A DNA stretch of 64,000 nucleotides from Octopus vulgaris. Lineage: Eukaryota. The stretch is taken from contig OX597814.1 of NCBI GenBank assembly GCA_951406725.2, forward strand, positions 94,798,001 to 94,862,000, read 5' to 3'. The translations under genes and the position numbers were made by a program. The notes beneath the pieces are model-generated. The model was not told the DNA's origin. It made no database searches and was given only the letters and a program-made list of their open reading frames with translations. The stretch's first letter is position 1. Each line of letters begins with the position of its first letter. Below, piece by piece: positions 51,928-64,000 of the stretch.

Positions 51928-54900
51928 TATCTCCCTGTGCCTTTTATTCATTTAATTTTCCGCCTAAGCCGGACATATATCTCTTTGCTACATCAAGGTT
52001 CATTTGGTATTTATCCAAAATCACAAAGGCCAAACTGCACTGCGACGCTTACTTGATAATTCCGAACTAGCACTGCAACAAGACTCTTTCTAAGCAAAAT
52101 CTAGCTCCGATATTGAATCACTACTCTTTGTCTGGAGACTTCTATTCATAAATGAATGGAGTGGCCACGGGGTCTAAAAATGATCCCAACTAAACCGACA
52201 TATTCGTAGGTTAAATAAAATCAACAACTTTTAGTCATGCTCATTGTCGCTATCCTTGAACTTTTATCATCGCCAACAAGTTCATCAATGACAACTTTCT
52301 TTTTAGATATTCTTCATTTGTACTTTTCCCCTCACCTTAAAATTTACTTGGAATATCTAAAGTAATATAAAATAGGTCTCCGTCTATTTCAAAAATGAAT
52401 ATTCAGTAGTTCGGTGAATTGTTGGGGATGGAATTTGAACTGTGAGCATCAAGTTAACGAAAGCGCACCATTTTTAGATCAACAGTGCATCTACTCCGTG
52501 CCCTTTGGAATAGCATGTACGTGGATGGGTATTCTATAGACGCGTGCACCGTTTTCTTCAAGCAAAATCCACGTTGGAAAACACTTTTAATTGTACCTTT
52601 AATTACATGTACAATCCGATGAACCTCTGCACAACAGTTTCACTCACGTCGACTCTTGACTGTGGTAAAAAAAAAAAACAAGGCTGTTTAAGACAGCTCC
52701 CAGTAAGATTGAACACGAGACCACTTGATTGTGAAGCGAACTTCCTAACCCTTTCGCCATGCTTTAAAGTGAAAAAAAAATATAACCCAATATCGCTGAC
52801 TAACAAACAATCATTTAGTTTCTGTTCTGCGATTTCTCAACCAGTTAAAAATAGCATCCAAACTGTTATCTTATCGTCTTAAAACCAGGAAGAAAGCATT
52901 GAATAATTCATTGCTGTATATATTGTATATGAAAAATAAATAGAATAGTCACAGATGGAACGTCTTTTATTATGGATACGTTAGATCCCGTATGATCTTG
53001 GTTAAACAGAAACAACAAAGTTTCCGAACAACCTTTGTGTACTAAACGTCTATTATACATACACATACACGCATACATATACACACATAAACACACGCAC
53101 ACACATACCGGAATGCATACATATACATATATACATATACATACACACACACATGCATTCACACACACACACATGCATGACGCGTTCTCTCTGTCAACAC
53201 ACATTACACATGGTAACCACTTCTCAGAATACTTTAAACTCAGAAGATGTCTACTTCTCTTCGAAATCCAATTAAATGCGTGGAACTTTTGCCAAATGGT
53301 GTTATCCTTCCTCAATTCCAAACAGTGTGTATTTAGCTAGTGCAGTGAACACTTTTATAATCCTAGTTCTATTAGGCTGCATTTCTCTCCGATGTCGTTT
53401 ACAATATTCCTTGTTACATAGTTATTGCTGTAGCTGATGATGTTTAACCCCGTATCCCCCACGATCCAGCAGACCTATGTTTAAAAGAGCTCCTTTACTG
53501 GTCCTCATACATCTTTTTTTCTATCGTAGAGTATTCAATATGTTCGCTTTATATAACGGTTCAGTGCTTCAACAATTTTTTTTTACCGACTTACTGAATT
53601 ATAAAAGTAAGTATATCTATTATAAAACTTTCTGATTTCAACTCAAGGGGAGCAATTTAATGGGGGAGAGAGAGTAGCCAGTAATATCGACCCCAGTAAT
53701 TCAGTGGTACTTCATTTTCGTTCGAAAGAATGAAAGACAAAATTGACCTGGATGGGATTTGAATTCCGAACTGCAAGGGCCAAAAGAAATAACGCAACCG
53801 CTTTTGTCCGGTGCTTTAACTATTCTACCAACTAGTCACTGTACAGTATATGTACCATAGTACATCAACATGACATTGGCTCCATAGTTTAATGTTTCAT
53901 ACCACTATTGGTGTAAAAATGTGTTGGCATTTACTCTCACTGACATAGCCCATCCCACTCTTAATAGATACCTAAACATTTTCATATCTTTTGCCTTGAC
54001 TGGAATTCCTAAGGCAACGTTAGATTTTACTTTACCGGTTCTGAGTAATTTGGCCTTTGAAAATTTATATTTTTCTACAAGTACTGCAGTACACTCTTGT
54101 ACATTTATGATGCAATTATCACATTAATACTTAAGCCAACACCGTCAAGTCTATGCTTTACTGATGAAGTCATAATACGCCGAAACAGGTCCGGATTGTT
54201 TCCCCTTCTTGAAATAATTAAAAGTATAATTAGTAAAGGTTTGTTTTAACCACTAAACTTTCAATACATTTAATATGTTAACACTAACGTATTTATTATA
54301 CTTAAAAGTGTACAAGTACAGCATGAGTTATGTCTGAATAAATCTACTGATTCATATTTATACGTATTTAGCCTCGATGGGCATTCATGCATACTTAGGC
54401 ACAAACACACACACACGCACACACACATACACACGCATACATACACACACATTAAATATACTCTGTTTAAATCATTTTTCTTTATATTTTACTGAAATTA
54501 GATCTGATTTTATAAACGGACACGGATAGTATTGATGAAATTTGCACACCGATCGGAACTTCTGAAGAGAATCACGGAAGCGTTTCCTTCCTAAAGTAAA
54601 TACGCAGTTAACTCTTTGATGTAAACGCCGTTAACTGTTTATATTAGTGCTTCCTTTTAACAACGCAAATTGATGTCAGTTGATATACAGATATGTGCGT
54701 CTGCGTGTGTTGGTGTCGATATATGTGCTTATGCGTATGTTAGTGTATGCATATGTATGCTTATGTGCGTATGTGTGCATTATCGATTCCCATTTAGAAA
54801 GAGAATCAAAGAGTGTATCCCACTCAAAATAATGCTGTGGAAAGAGACCCGTTCAGTATAGTTCAATGACCGAGTAAATTCGAAATTCGATTCCAGTATA

Positions 54901-55289
54901 TATTCTGTAAACACATATTTGGAGTGATTTTGCAGGCAATATTATCATTAGATATCTATGTAATATTAAAGTTTGTATTTTGTATCAGCAAACGATATAT
55001 GAGTACACCTGTATGTATGTGTGTGTGCCAGTGTGTGAATATATATATATACATATATAATTAATCAATATAGGGTGGCAAAAAAAAAAAATTTTGTAGA
55101 ATTCTTTTGCCACCAGCGGCCTAGTAGGAAAAAATTAAATAGTCATAAACCATTTTTACGTTCAACATCACAATCAAGGAACGGCCATAATAGGCCATTC
55201 ACCCACTAGAAATAACAGCCAAAAGCTTTAACCGCAAATAACATTAATTCCGTAAACCAGGAGAAAATTGAAAAACTTTTACCCTGTAA

Positions 55290-55394
55290 TTTCTTAGACG
55301 ATGCACCGTTTCATCTACCGTTTAATGGTAAACTAACCTGATTAAATTAAATCAAGCCAATCCACCATAGGCCCTTAGACTCATCAGTAAGAAA
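55290..55394 (-). ncRNA. Type I hammerhead ribozyme with long stem II
   Basis: Reverse-complement copy of 56050-56154. Confidence 0.88.
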
Positions 55395-56049
55395 TAGCCA
55401 AGTCGGAACAGATATTTTTCACGAGGCATTCCTCTTGCTACCTCGGCAATATCTGACCTAAAATTTTCAAATCGTCGCACTCGCGCCAAATTTATCGGCA
55501 GCAAATAAATATAAGCCACCGATTCCATTACGGAACTAACCAGAAAATTCATAATTAATCAATATAGGGTGGCAAAAAAAATTTTGTAGAATTCTTTTGC
55601 CACCAGCGGCCTAGTAGGAAAAAATTAAATAGTCATAAACCATTTTTACGTTCAACATAACAATCAAGGAACGGCCATAATAGGCCATTCACCCACTAGA
55701 AATAACAGCCAAAAGCTTTAACCGCAAATAACATTAATTCCGTAAACCAGGAGAAAATTGAAAAACTTTTACCCTGTAATTTCTTAGACGATGCACCGTT
55801 TCATCTACCGTTTAATGGTAAACTAACCTGATTTTGCTGGTGGCAAAAGAATTCTACAAAATTTTTTTTTGCCACCCTATATTGATTAATTATGAATTTT
55901 CTGGTTAGTTCCGTAATGGAATCGGTGGCTTATATTTATTTGCTGCCGATAAATTTGGCGCGAGTGCGACGATTTGAAAATTTTAGGTCAGATATTGCCG
56001 AGGTAGCAAGAGGAATGCCTCGTGAAAAATATCTGTTCCGACTTGGCTA

Positions 56050-56154
56050 TTTCTTACTGATGAGTCTAAGGGCCTATGGTGGATTGGCTTGATTTAATTT
56101 AATCAGGTTAGTTTACCATTAAACGGTAGATGAAACGGTGCATCGTCTAAGAAA
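56050..56154 (+). ncRNA. Type I hammerhead ribozyme with long stem II
   Basis: TTTCTTA-CTGATGA-GTCTA...ATGGTGGATTGGCTTGATT-TAATTT-AATCAGGTTAGTTTACCAT...TAGAT-GAAA-CGGTGCATCG-TC-TAAGAAA. GUC site ends at 56147. Confidence 0.9.
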
Positions 56155-56283
56155 TTACAGGGTAAAAGTTTTTCAATTTTCTCCTGGTTTACGGAATTAA
56201 TGTTATTTGCGGTTAAAGCTTTTGGCTGTTATTTCTAGTGGGTGAATGGCCTATTATGGCCGTTCCTTGATTGTGATATATAC

Positions 56284-56323
<40 letters not shown>

Positions 56324-56352
56324 ATGTATTATGTGCGTGTGCCTATGTCTAT

Positions 56353-56431
<79 letters not shown>

Positions 56432-57042
56432 CATGTATATAGGTATGTATATACCTGTATTCCTTTCTTTTACTTTTTTCAGTGAATGGAGTGCGGCCAC
56501 GCTGAGGCAATGCTTTGAAGAGTATAATCAATGAAATCGACCCAGGTACTAACTTTGCGTCTGGTACATATTCTAACGGCCTCTGTTCACCGAATCAATA
56601 ACGAAGAGAAACAAATGCACACACATACACGCACACGCACATATGTATATACACGCACATATGTATATACACACAGATATTTATATATATACATATAAAT
56701 ATATATATATATATGCACACATATACACACATATACACACATATACACACATAAACACACATATTTGTGTGTGTATGTGTATAAACACACATATACATAT
56801 GTGCACATTCATATATACGACTGTCTTCCGCCGCATTCACTCACACGGCATTGATTAGCCAAGGGTTAAAGTCAAAGGTACCACTCAATGGAACAGAGCC
56901 GGAAATTACCGTGTTGCGAGCGAATCACTAGCTGTATGGAATAGCCTATATACGCACGCGAGCACACGCACGTACACACACACACACACATAAATACAAA
57001 CACACTCACACACACACACGTATGATACATGTATAATATATA

Positions 57043-57114
<72 letters not shown>

Positions 57115-57312
57115 GTGTGAGAGAGTGGTGCATGCCATCAAAGTGACACTGGGGTAAAATATACGAAGCCCAGTATACCGATCATGACTACCCGTCCGAT
57201 AAGGGAGCATCAGGCACATGCATCACAACCTTATGTGCGCGACATGATGATTTATATCAAGATAAACAAAGCATGACCTCGCAGGTGGGGCACAGTTAGA
57301 ATTTTATTATTA

Positions 57313-57370
<58 letters not shown>

Positions 57371-57374
57371 CATT

Positions 57375-57429
<55 letters not shown>

Positions 57430-57629
57430 GGTTAGTGGTTTACAGAACTAATGCAGTTTCCATTATTCTGATGAAAACAAAAGTGTGATCGAATTTCTTT
57501 AAGAATCGAAACAGCGTCAATGTGGTTAAACTATTCAACCAATAAGTGTACCACACTATACTCCCTGATATCATGAGTCTTTCAGTTTGTATCTATCAAC
57601 ATTTCTCTTACAAACACCCACACAAGAAC

Positions 57630-57706
<77 letters not shown>

Positions 57707-57723
57707 CATGAAGAGAGAGTGAG

Positions 57724-57769
<46 letters not shown>

Positions 57770-59559
57770 GCAGAGAAATGCAAACAGATAAGAAAGAGAG
57801 CAGAGAGCTATTCAAAGACACTGAACACACTAGTTGATCAGAATAAAGGAAAGTAATCAGGTGCATTGAATGAGAATTAGTGCCATTCGAATAATAAGTT
57901 TGCAAATGTGTGTATGTACGCGCGCAACTGTGTGTACATACATTCATATACATATGCGCTTATACAATGTTGCTCATACAATCACACAGACGTTGTATGT
58001 GCATTTATACATGTTATATACTTATAGCAGTATGCCTTTACGCACAAACATAAAAAAAAACACAAGCCTTTTATGTGGTTTCGACTTTTGTATTTTATAA
58101 TTATATATTTTGATACATCTGAAAGAATTGAGCAAATTATATGAAGAATACATCCAATGCTAATAAAGGTCGTTAAAAGAAAAGACAATCATTGTTATTG
58201 AAATGGTAATAGAGGCAACGTTTAATGTTTATATTGAAGGACATTTGAAAAATACGCATTACAGGATACGGTAAAATTGGAACAATACACAATAGAAATG
58301 CAATAATAATGAGGATATATTGTTGAAGATTAGAAAGATGTTAGGTTAATTTATAAGTGAAAGGTAATTTGAGAGTGAGATATATTCGATTATCGATACA
58401 GTCGAAGTCAATCGTAAATTTTAGAATAACAGAAAAGCATAGAAAAACACTGCTTACACTAAATTATTGGTGTTTAAATGTTGATCTGAAGAAATGAAGG
58501 ATGTCATTTTTTTTTACTTTTCTTGTTTGTTTGTTTTTTCTTTTGTGTCTTTTATTGGTTTCATTCATTGTTCGACGGTCATGTTGGGGCACCTCATTTG
58601 AAAGATTTTGGTCGATTATGAGGAATCCAATACTTTGTCTAGTATATATTTTGTTGACCTTTGAAGGAGAAATACGTAGTAAAGTCAACCTGAACAGGAA
58701 TTTTAACTTAGAATGAAACGAGGCGTAGTCATACGTACTCTCTCCATATAATTTTAAAATATATATGTGTGTTCTTGTGTGTGTGTCTATCTGTCTATCT
58801 TTCTGTCTGTTTGTCTGTATATTTGTGTCCGTGAAGTGTATAATACTACTTCAATCAATTGTAATATCCTTGGCTTGGTTGGTTCCGAAATCTTGTACAT
58901 GTCTCATGCACCTCAAGACGTTAGATTTGTTCTTTTATTATTATTATTCGTTTAAGCACAACTTGCCACTTTAATTATATATCATAAACAATAGAGCCTG
59001 ACAATCTCATATCAGTACTCCTTATTTCCATTATGAATATTGATTTCGTCTGTCAACCCGCAAACGTTCTGTATTTTAGGAGAATGTGAAATGAAACAAT
59101 GTAACATTGGCGCCTTCTTCAAATGCTGTAGCTGTGTCACTTAAATAAGATAACTTCAACTATAATTCTAAATCAGTTAACAGTCTATAATAATCAAGAA
59201 CATAGCTTTTAATTTACACCATGCCTCTGCGTTACTTCTCTTTAGTGTCAAGGCAAATGGGAGCTATTTTGGAAAAAAATAGGACCACGCAAAAATTTGT
59301 GAAATAATACCAAAATATTGTTGGTCCTTATTTTATATATTTTCACTGGATTTCTGGATGAGATAAAGTAACCAGTCTCTGTAAAATATTTTCAGTTATA
59401 GTATCGTGGTTGAATCAGATGATTTCCAAAAGCGCATATATGCTAGCTCGTAATTCCTCTGGTCCTTGATTCGCTACTTAGCTCTGTAATTCAACACAAA
59501 TGAGTTTCTCCATAACAATTTCCTGCTATTATCTCTATGATAATATTTAAGCACAGTAC

Positions 59560-59760
59560 CAAGTCGTTAGCAAGCCGTGCAAAATGCTTAGCGGCATCTC
59601 TTCCGTCTTTACGTTCTGAGTTCAAATTCTACCGAGGGCGACTTTGCCTTTCATCCTTTCAAGGTCGTTAAAATAACTACCAGTTCAACACTGGAGTTGA
59701 CGCAATTGACTTAACCCCTATCCTGGAATTGCTGGCATTGTGTCAAAATTCGAAACCAAT
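59560..59760 (+). mobile_element. SINE family B
   Basis: Homologous to 8062-8278. Confidence 0.85.
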
Positions 59761-60094
59761 ATTTAAACACAATACAAGTGAACGAAATACTCATTGATTG
59801 AAAGATGTTACGATTGCTTATAGTAATGAGATATATCTATACATAATGTTATCAACTTTCTCTATGTTAAATAGAGTCAACCATGAAGAAGTGTCTTAAC
59901 TAAAATACAAAAGGTTTGTAACTAGACACAAACCCTACATCTTTTTAAATTCTTTCAAATGAGACTCTACACACTCTAACTTAGTAATGATCAGATGCCA
60001 CAAAGCCTTTTTTCTTCAGTATTTTCTGCAGTGAATCAGATATAAGCCCTACGTACCATGCGGGAAATTTAATCCAGTCAATCGAAATAAATTC

Positions 60095-60330
60095 TGAGAA
60101 GGAAAGAGCGAAAGGTAGCTGTGAGCAGGACGAGAGAGGCAGCAGAAAGAACCTCTTACTGGTTATGGAACAAGAGAGAACAATTAAGCGGGTAACCAGG
60201 AAACGATGACCAGTGATTTGGCCAACTCTACTGATACTACGACAGGATGTTACGGTTCAGGATCGAAACACCCGATGATCGTTGGACACCGTCTGATGAT
60301 ATCAGCTCCTCTCGGCCAAAAGTACTTTCA
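60095..60330 (+). mobile_element. Hero-like non-LTR retrotransposon 3' end
   Basis: EAAERTSYWLWNKR C-terminal motif, followed by a 3' UTR with CGAAACACCC...CTGATGAT. Confidence 0.6.
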
Positions 60331-61439
60331 CCAAAGGTGAAAGAAGAAGCGTCTTATGGGTTTTATCAATATTGTTTAGAAATTAAACAGGCAGAACAGA
60401 AAAAAATAAGATTTGATACTTGTTATATTTTTTCTCTTCATTAAACCTTACCACAATATATTTTTGCCTTTCATTTGTCTCTGGGGCCGATAGCATAAAT
60501 ACCAGCAATATACTGAAGTTAATTTAATCGATTTATTTTACTATATAATTCCCTTTCAATTTATTTTTAATTAATCAATATTTTTCTATTTCTTGAACTC
60601 CTGTTTTGAATGTTTACATGCCAAGAAACTTAGCCTAGTCTTGGCATGCTTTATTCAATCACTAGTCATTTCTAGTATCAATAGATATTTATCAATGATG
60701 ATGATGGTGGTGGTGGTGGTGGGGTGGATAATGAGGAGGAGGAGGAGGAGGATGACGATGAGGATTTCTTTTATTTGCCACAGGAGCATCAGTAATAAAC
60801 AAGGATAGGTGGTCAACATGACGGAATAATAAAAGACAGGAAAATGACATGAGTTTTCTTTCCAACAACGTGTAAGAATCAAACAGAGAGAGAGAGAGAA
60901 AAGGAAAGAGAAAAAATGGGCTGGAGAGAGAGATACGGAGACAGAGTAAAGAAGAGAGAGAAAGAAAGATTCGGTGTCGCTGGCGGCAGTAGGCGTTCAA
61001 AACGAATAGTAAGTAAACGTGATTATAAATAGTATTGATAAATCTAATAGTATTGCAGAGAGATTGCCAACAAAATCTATGGCGGCAAGATTTTTAAAAC
61101 AAAATCGAACATTAATGAAATTATAAACAAATCAAATTAGAAGCATATCCACGACGACCACCACCATTACCACTACCATCATTGCCACTATCAACTTCAT
61201 GATCATCGAGCCAAATATGGACCCTTAATGTGGTAACACACTTGCTAGACATAGCAGCCAAATACTGTATTTTTTTCTTTAAAAAGAAAGAAAAGGGCTC
61301 TATGAATAATATAACCCTAGATAACCTTCAAATAAATTTGAGATTGTAACAGCTGTTACATAAGTCTATTCGATTGGGGTTGATCTAAGGTTAAGCAACA
61401 ACCGCAACAGCAGTTTCAACGTTATTATCATTTTCTCTT

Positions 61440-61720
61440 TATCACAGGTTTTGTTGGAGCTCCTGGAGTCTTGCATGCGTAATGGACTTATTATCTACAG
61501 CCTACGGTACCATGCCATTCGTTCTTTTTCAGCTATCTAATACTTTCGTGATTATTCTGGTCGTGCCAAGGAGGTAAACCTTTTGTAACAGATCTACTGT
61601 GCACTCTATTCCAATTTATTTTATATTCCCCTTGATGCCTTCTGATACTGTTCCCAAGGTCCCAACAATAATTGGCACTATCTTCACTTTCTTCATTTTC
61701 CATAGCCGAGCTATTTCGTA
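61440..61720 (-). mobile_element. R4/Dong-type LINE extreme 3' fragment
   Basis: VKIVPIIVGTLG...LLQKVYLLGTTRIITKVL*. Confidence 0.7.
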
Positions 61721-62019
61721 CTTTGCAGGGTTATATCTATCTATCTAGCTTTTCGCCTTCCTTCTTGACTATTTGGGGATTTTTTTTTTTTTTTTTCAAT
61801 TTTGTTTCCATTTCTTGCCTAGTGTCTTCCCGACGCCTAGGCCATTCAAATAAACACATCTGATTGTTCACTTAGAAAGTGAAGACATGTGATAGGAAAA
61901 AAAAAGGAAAAGAAGACAGAAGAAAGGAAAAGAAGAAAAATAAATAAAAGAGATAGAAAATGGGGGAAAAAATAAAGAAAAAGGGAGAAAATGAAAGAAA
62001 ATTCACAGCGACAATGCTC

Positions 62020-62905
62020 ATTACGTGTGACATACCTGTTAAGACAATCTTTTGCATCTGTTGGATGAATCATTCTCAAATAATTTTCAGTTACTTCTTT
62101 GATCATTCCAAGCGCTCCTACAATCACTGGTATTGTAACAGTCTTGAAATGCCACATTTTTTTTCGATTTAAATAAGTAAAACTTTATAATTACTGAGCT
62201 TGTCAATTCTTTCGCCGAGATATTATGATCACGAGGAATGCTCATGTCAATCAATAAATAGACTTTACAGTTTTGGTCTTTCACAACAATATCTGGTTTA
62301 TTAGCTGTGGTAGTCCGGTCTGTATGTTCCGGAAAGTTCCAAAGAATCGTTGCATTTTCTCCCTCAGTTACAGCCTCAAGATAGTGCATGCACCATTTGT
62401 CAGCAGTTTTGATTTTATAATGCCGACATATTAACCAGTGTAGATAGTGGCCAACTCTGTCATGTCTTGATTTATACTCTATGGGTGCTAAACTTTACAT
62501 CCAGAGATTAGGTGGACCTCTGTTTCAATATTATCGTTGCAGTATCGGCACTTTGGGTCTACTCCATTTTTCGTTACATTGGCTTGATAGTTCTGGGTCA
62601 ATAAGCTCTGGTCTTGAACAGCTAAGATGAAGCCTTCGTTCTCTGCCTTTAGCTCTGAGTTCCGTAACCACTGAAGTGTGTGCTTCTGGTCTACCTCAGC
62701 TTGTTTGCTACTGGCCACAATTTCGCCATGCAAAGGTTTTTGTTCCCACCTGTCAGCCAATTATTCATACGGTTTTTCTTTGCCACTGATTTCACCATTT
62801 TGCAACAACAGTTGCTGCACATCCATTATGCTTTTCAGCTTAGGCTGAGCTCAACTGGAAATTTTTTGCACTCTTCCATGATAGAATAAAGCTTCTTACG
62901 CCTAA
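62020..62905 (-). mobile_element. R4/Dong-type LINE fragment (CCHC zinc knuckle + RLE)
   Basis: WEQKPLHG, CRYC...ETEVHLISGC, ANKPDIVV..LLIDMSIP, and IPVIVGALG. 5'-truncated end abuts (TAA)n. Confidence 0.9.
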
Positions 62906-62953
62906 TATTATTATTGTTGTTGTTGTTGTTGTTGTTGCTGTTGTTATTATCAC

Positions 62954-63040
<87 letters not shown>

Positions 63041-63189
63041 CATTGTTGTTGTTGTTGTTGTTATTGTTATTGAGTGAGTGAGAGAGCAATGCATGACCTC
63101 GCAGGTGGGGCCCAGTTAGAATTTTCTTCAGGTCGAATAGCCCGTTGCTAGACTGGTCAGTGATGCGCAAACATTCGCTACCCCAAACA

Positions 63190-64000
63190 GATACTTCTTC
63201 AACAACCTCTACCTCACGCGATACAACATAGAGTGTGTAGGTAAAGAACCTGGCATGGGTGGAGATCTGATCAATTTGGATCGATCGAAAGCTTTTGATA
63301 GGATTGACCATTAATACTTGGCGGCTGTCCTGAAGGCTGTTGGTTCCATCCCGTTTTCAGCGGCTGGATCGCTGCAATGTATAGCGGACATCTGTTCAGT
63401 GGTCAAAGTTAATGGCCACCTTTTGGAACCGTTTAGCATCGCACGTTCGGTTCGTCAATGATGCCCCTCCTGCACGTGCTGACTCTCGAACAATTACTGC
63501 AGAATCTGGATGTTTGGACAGGCATCCTGCATGAACCAGGATGCGAATTTTTTGTGTGTCAACATATGCAGACGATGTCACCATAATAGTGTCGAACGTC
63601 TCGGAAATCGGAAATTGGCACTACACTAAAGGAATACGAAGCGGTGACAGGAGGAAAGATTAACCAGGAGCAGTCAGTGGGCCTGCATCTCGACACGTGC
63701 AGGGGCAGGTCCATGCTGACCGACAGTGTTGTTGGACGCTTGACAGAAGACCGGTTAAACTGCTCGGGGTCTGGTTTGGTCCAGATCCACAAGTGGACAA
63801 GAAATGGGAAAAGGTCACAAACAGGGTAGCCAATCTCACCCCGAAATGGGGTGAGAGAAAGCTATCCCTGAAAGGTCGGGCAGAGGTATCAAATGCATAC
63901 ATCGCATCCTTCATCTATTACCGCCCGTCTGAAAGATTGTTTAAGGATGTTGAACGAACCACCCATGTTTCCAAAGGGGAATAATCCAAACCTCTAAGAA
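63190..64000 (+). mobile_element. L1/Tx1-clade LINE reverse transcriptase remnant
   Basis: LDRSKAFDRIDH, VKVNG..RSVRQ, YADDVT, GGKIN, KLLGVWFG, and LSLKGRA, with stops and frameshifts. Confidence 0.9.

Larger units (their letters stand above)
55057..56277. mobile_element. Young HHR-containing array: 1.57 x 494-bp tandem plus 440-bp inverted copy
   Basis: Unit starts at 55057 and 55551. 55836-56277 is the reverse complement of ~55167-55607. Near-identical copies; (TA)n on both flanks. Confidence 0.9.

Noticed and set aside
54161-54195. CTGATGA...GAAA-CAGG-TC hammerhead-like motif
   Set aside because: Core spacing is right but stems I and II do not pair in this copy; at best a decayed relic.
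55352-56092. Two identical 66-aa ORFs on opposite strands
   Set aside because: They result from the inverted duplication, have no recognisable motif, and overlap the ribozyme.
60240-60305. GAAAC...CTGATGA in the Hero-like 3' UTR as a permuted hammerhead
   Set aside because: Stems I-III cannot be formed convincingly.

Overview
This is AT-rich, microsatellite-saturated eukaryotic DNA. The SINE families and microsatellite load strongly resemble an Octopus (coleoid cephalopod) genome; that assignment is inference. I find no credible host protein-coding exon, and nearly all listed ORFs are translated microsatellites or transposon debris. The window holds tRNA-derived SINEs, Tc1/mariner/maT remnants, non-autonomous Helitrons, R4/Dong-, Hero-, RTE- and L1/Tx1-type LINE fragments, and two decayed Penelope-like elements (PLE). 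The main hidden signal is about 15-20 type I hammerhead ribozyme (HHR) motifs on both strands, with palindromic stem III. They sit in several unrelated ~350-500 bp non-coding units inserted in (TA)n microsatellites, as tandem, terminally redundant or fold-back arrays (retrozyme / PLE-terminal-repeat-like). Some carry core variants (U3-A8, C4) or very long stem II. In two arrays the inversion breakpoint lies in the ribozyme stem II hairpin. Coordinates of decayed repeats are approximate.
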